Origin: Candidatus Krumholzibacteriota bacterium
Lineage (GTDB): Bacteria; Krumholzibacteriota; Krumholzibacteriia; JAJRXK01
Assembly: GCA_963764625.1 (NCBI GenBank)
Contig: CAVXTH010000007.1
Location: 32,001 to 96,000, forward strand
Length of the DNA stretch: 64,000 nt
Reading direction: 5' to 3'
The notes under the pieces are model-generated. The model was given only the letters and a program-made list of their open reading frames with translations, was not told the origin of the DNA and did no database searches. Positions 60,735 to 64,000 of the stretch are shown here, one piece after another (position 1 is the stretch's first letter; every line of letters begins with the position of its first letter). The position numbers were made by a program, and so were the translations under genes.

Positions 60735-64000
<3,266 letters not shown>

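Overview
High-GC bacterial chromosomal DNA. FlgD-type Ig C-terminal domains ('PNPFNP') and a recurring 'S-W/L/M-G-x-I/L-K-x-x-Y/F' C-terminal motif on secreted proteins suggest an FCB-group candidate phylum such as Krumholzibacteriota, Latescibacterota or Eisenbacteria; this placement is inferred. Most of the window is housekeeping, transport and envelope genes: acyl-CoA dehydrogenase, corA, threonine dehydrogenase, pepD, an RND pump, fabH, rnd, PFK, lipA, proS, pdxST and alaS. It also holds a cobalamin riboswitch with a TonB-receptor operon, a sigma54 two-component system with a readable enhancer and promoter, a rearranged PNAG (pga-like) operon and many proteases. The most notable locus is 7.6-14.7 kb. 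There, an ECF sigma factor is fused to an anti-sigma-like domain, a TM helix and a TPR domain. It is transcribed divergently from an operon encoding a TPR-CHAT (caspase-like) protease with a lipoprotein signal, an orphan beta-rich protein with a Gly/Pro tail, and a divergent subtilase. This is a candidate CRISPR-independent proteolytic signalling or defence cascade. Several otherwise intact genes carry small frameshifts, which probably reflect long-read consensus errors. No rRNA, tRNA, CRISPR array or transposase was seen.
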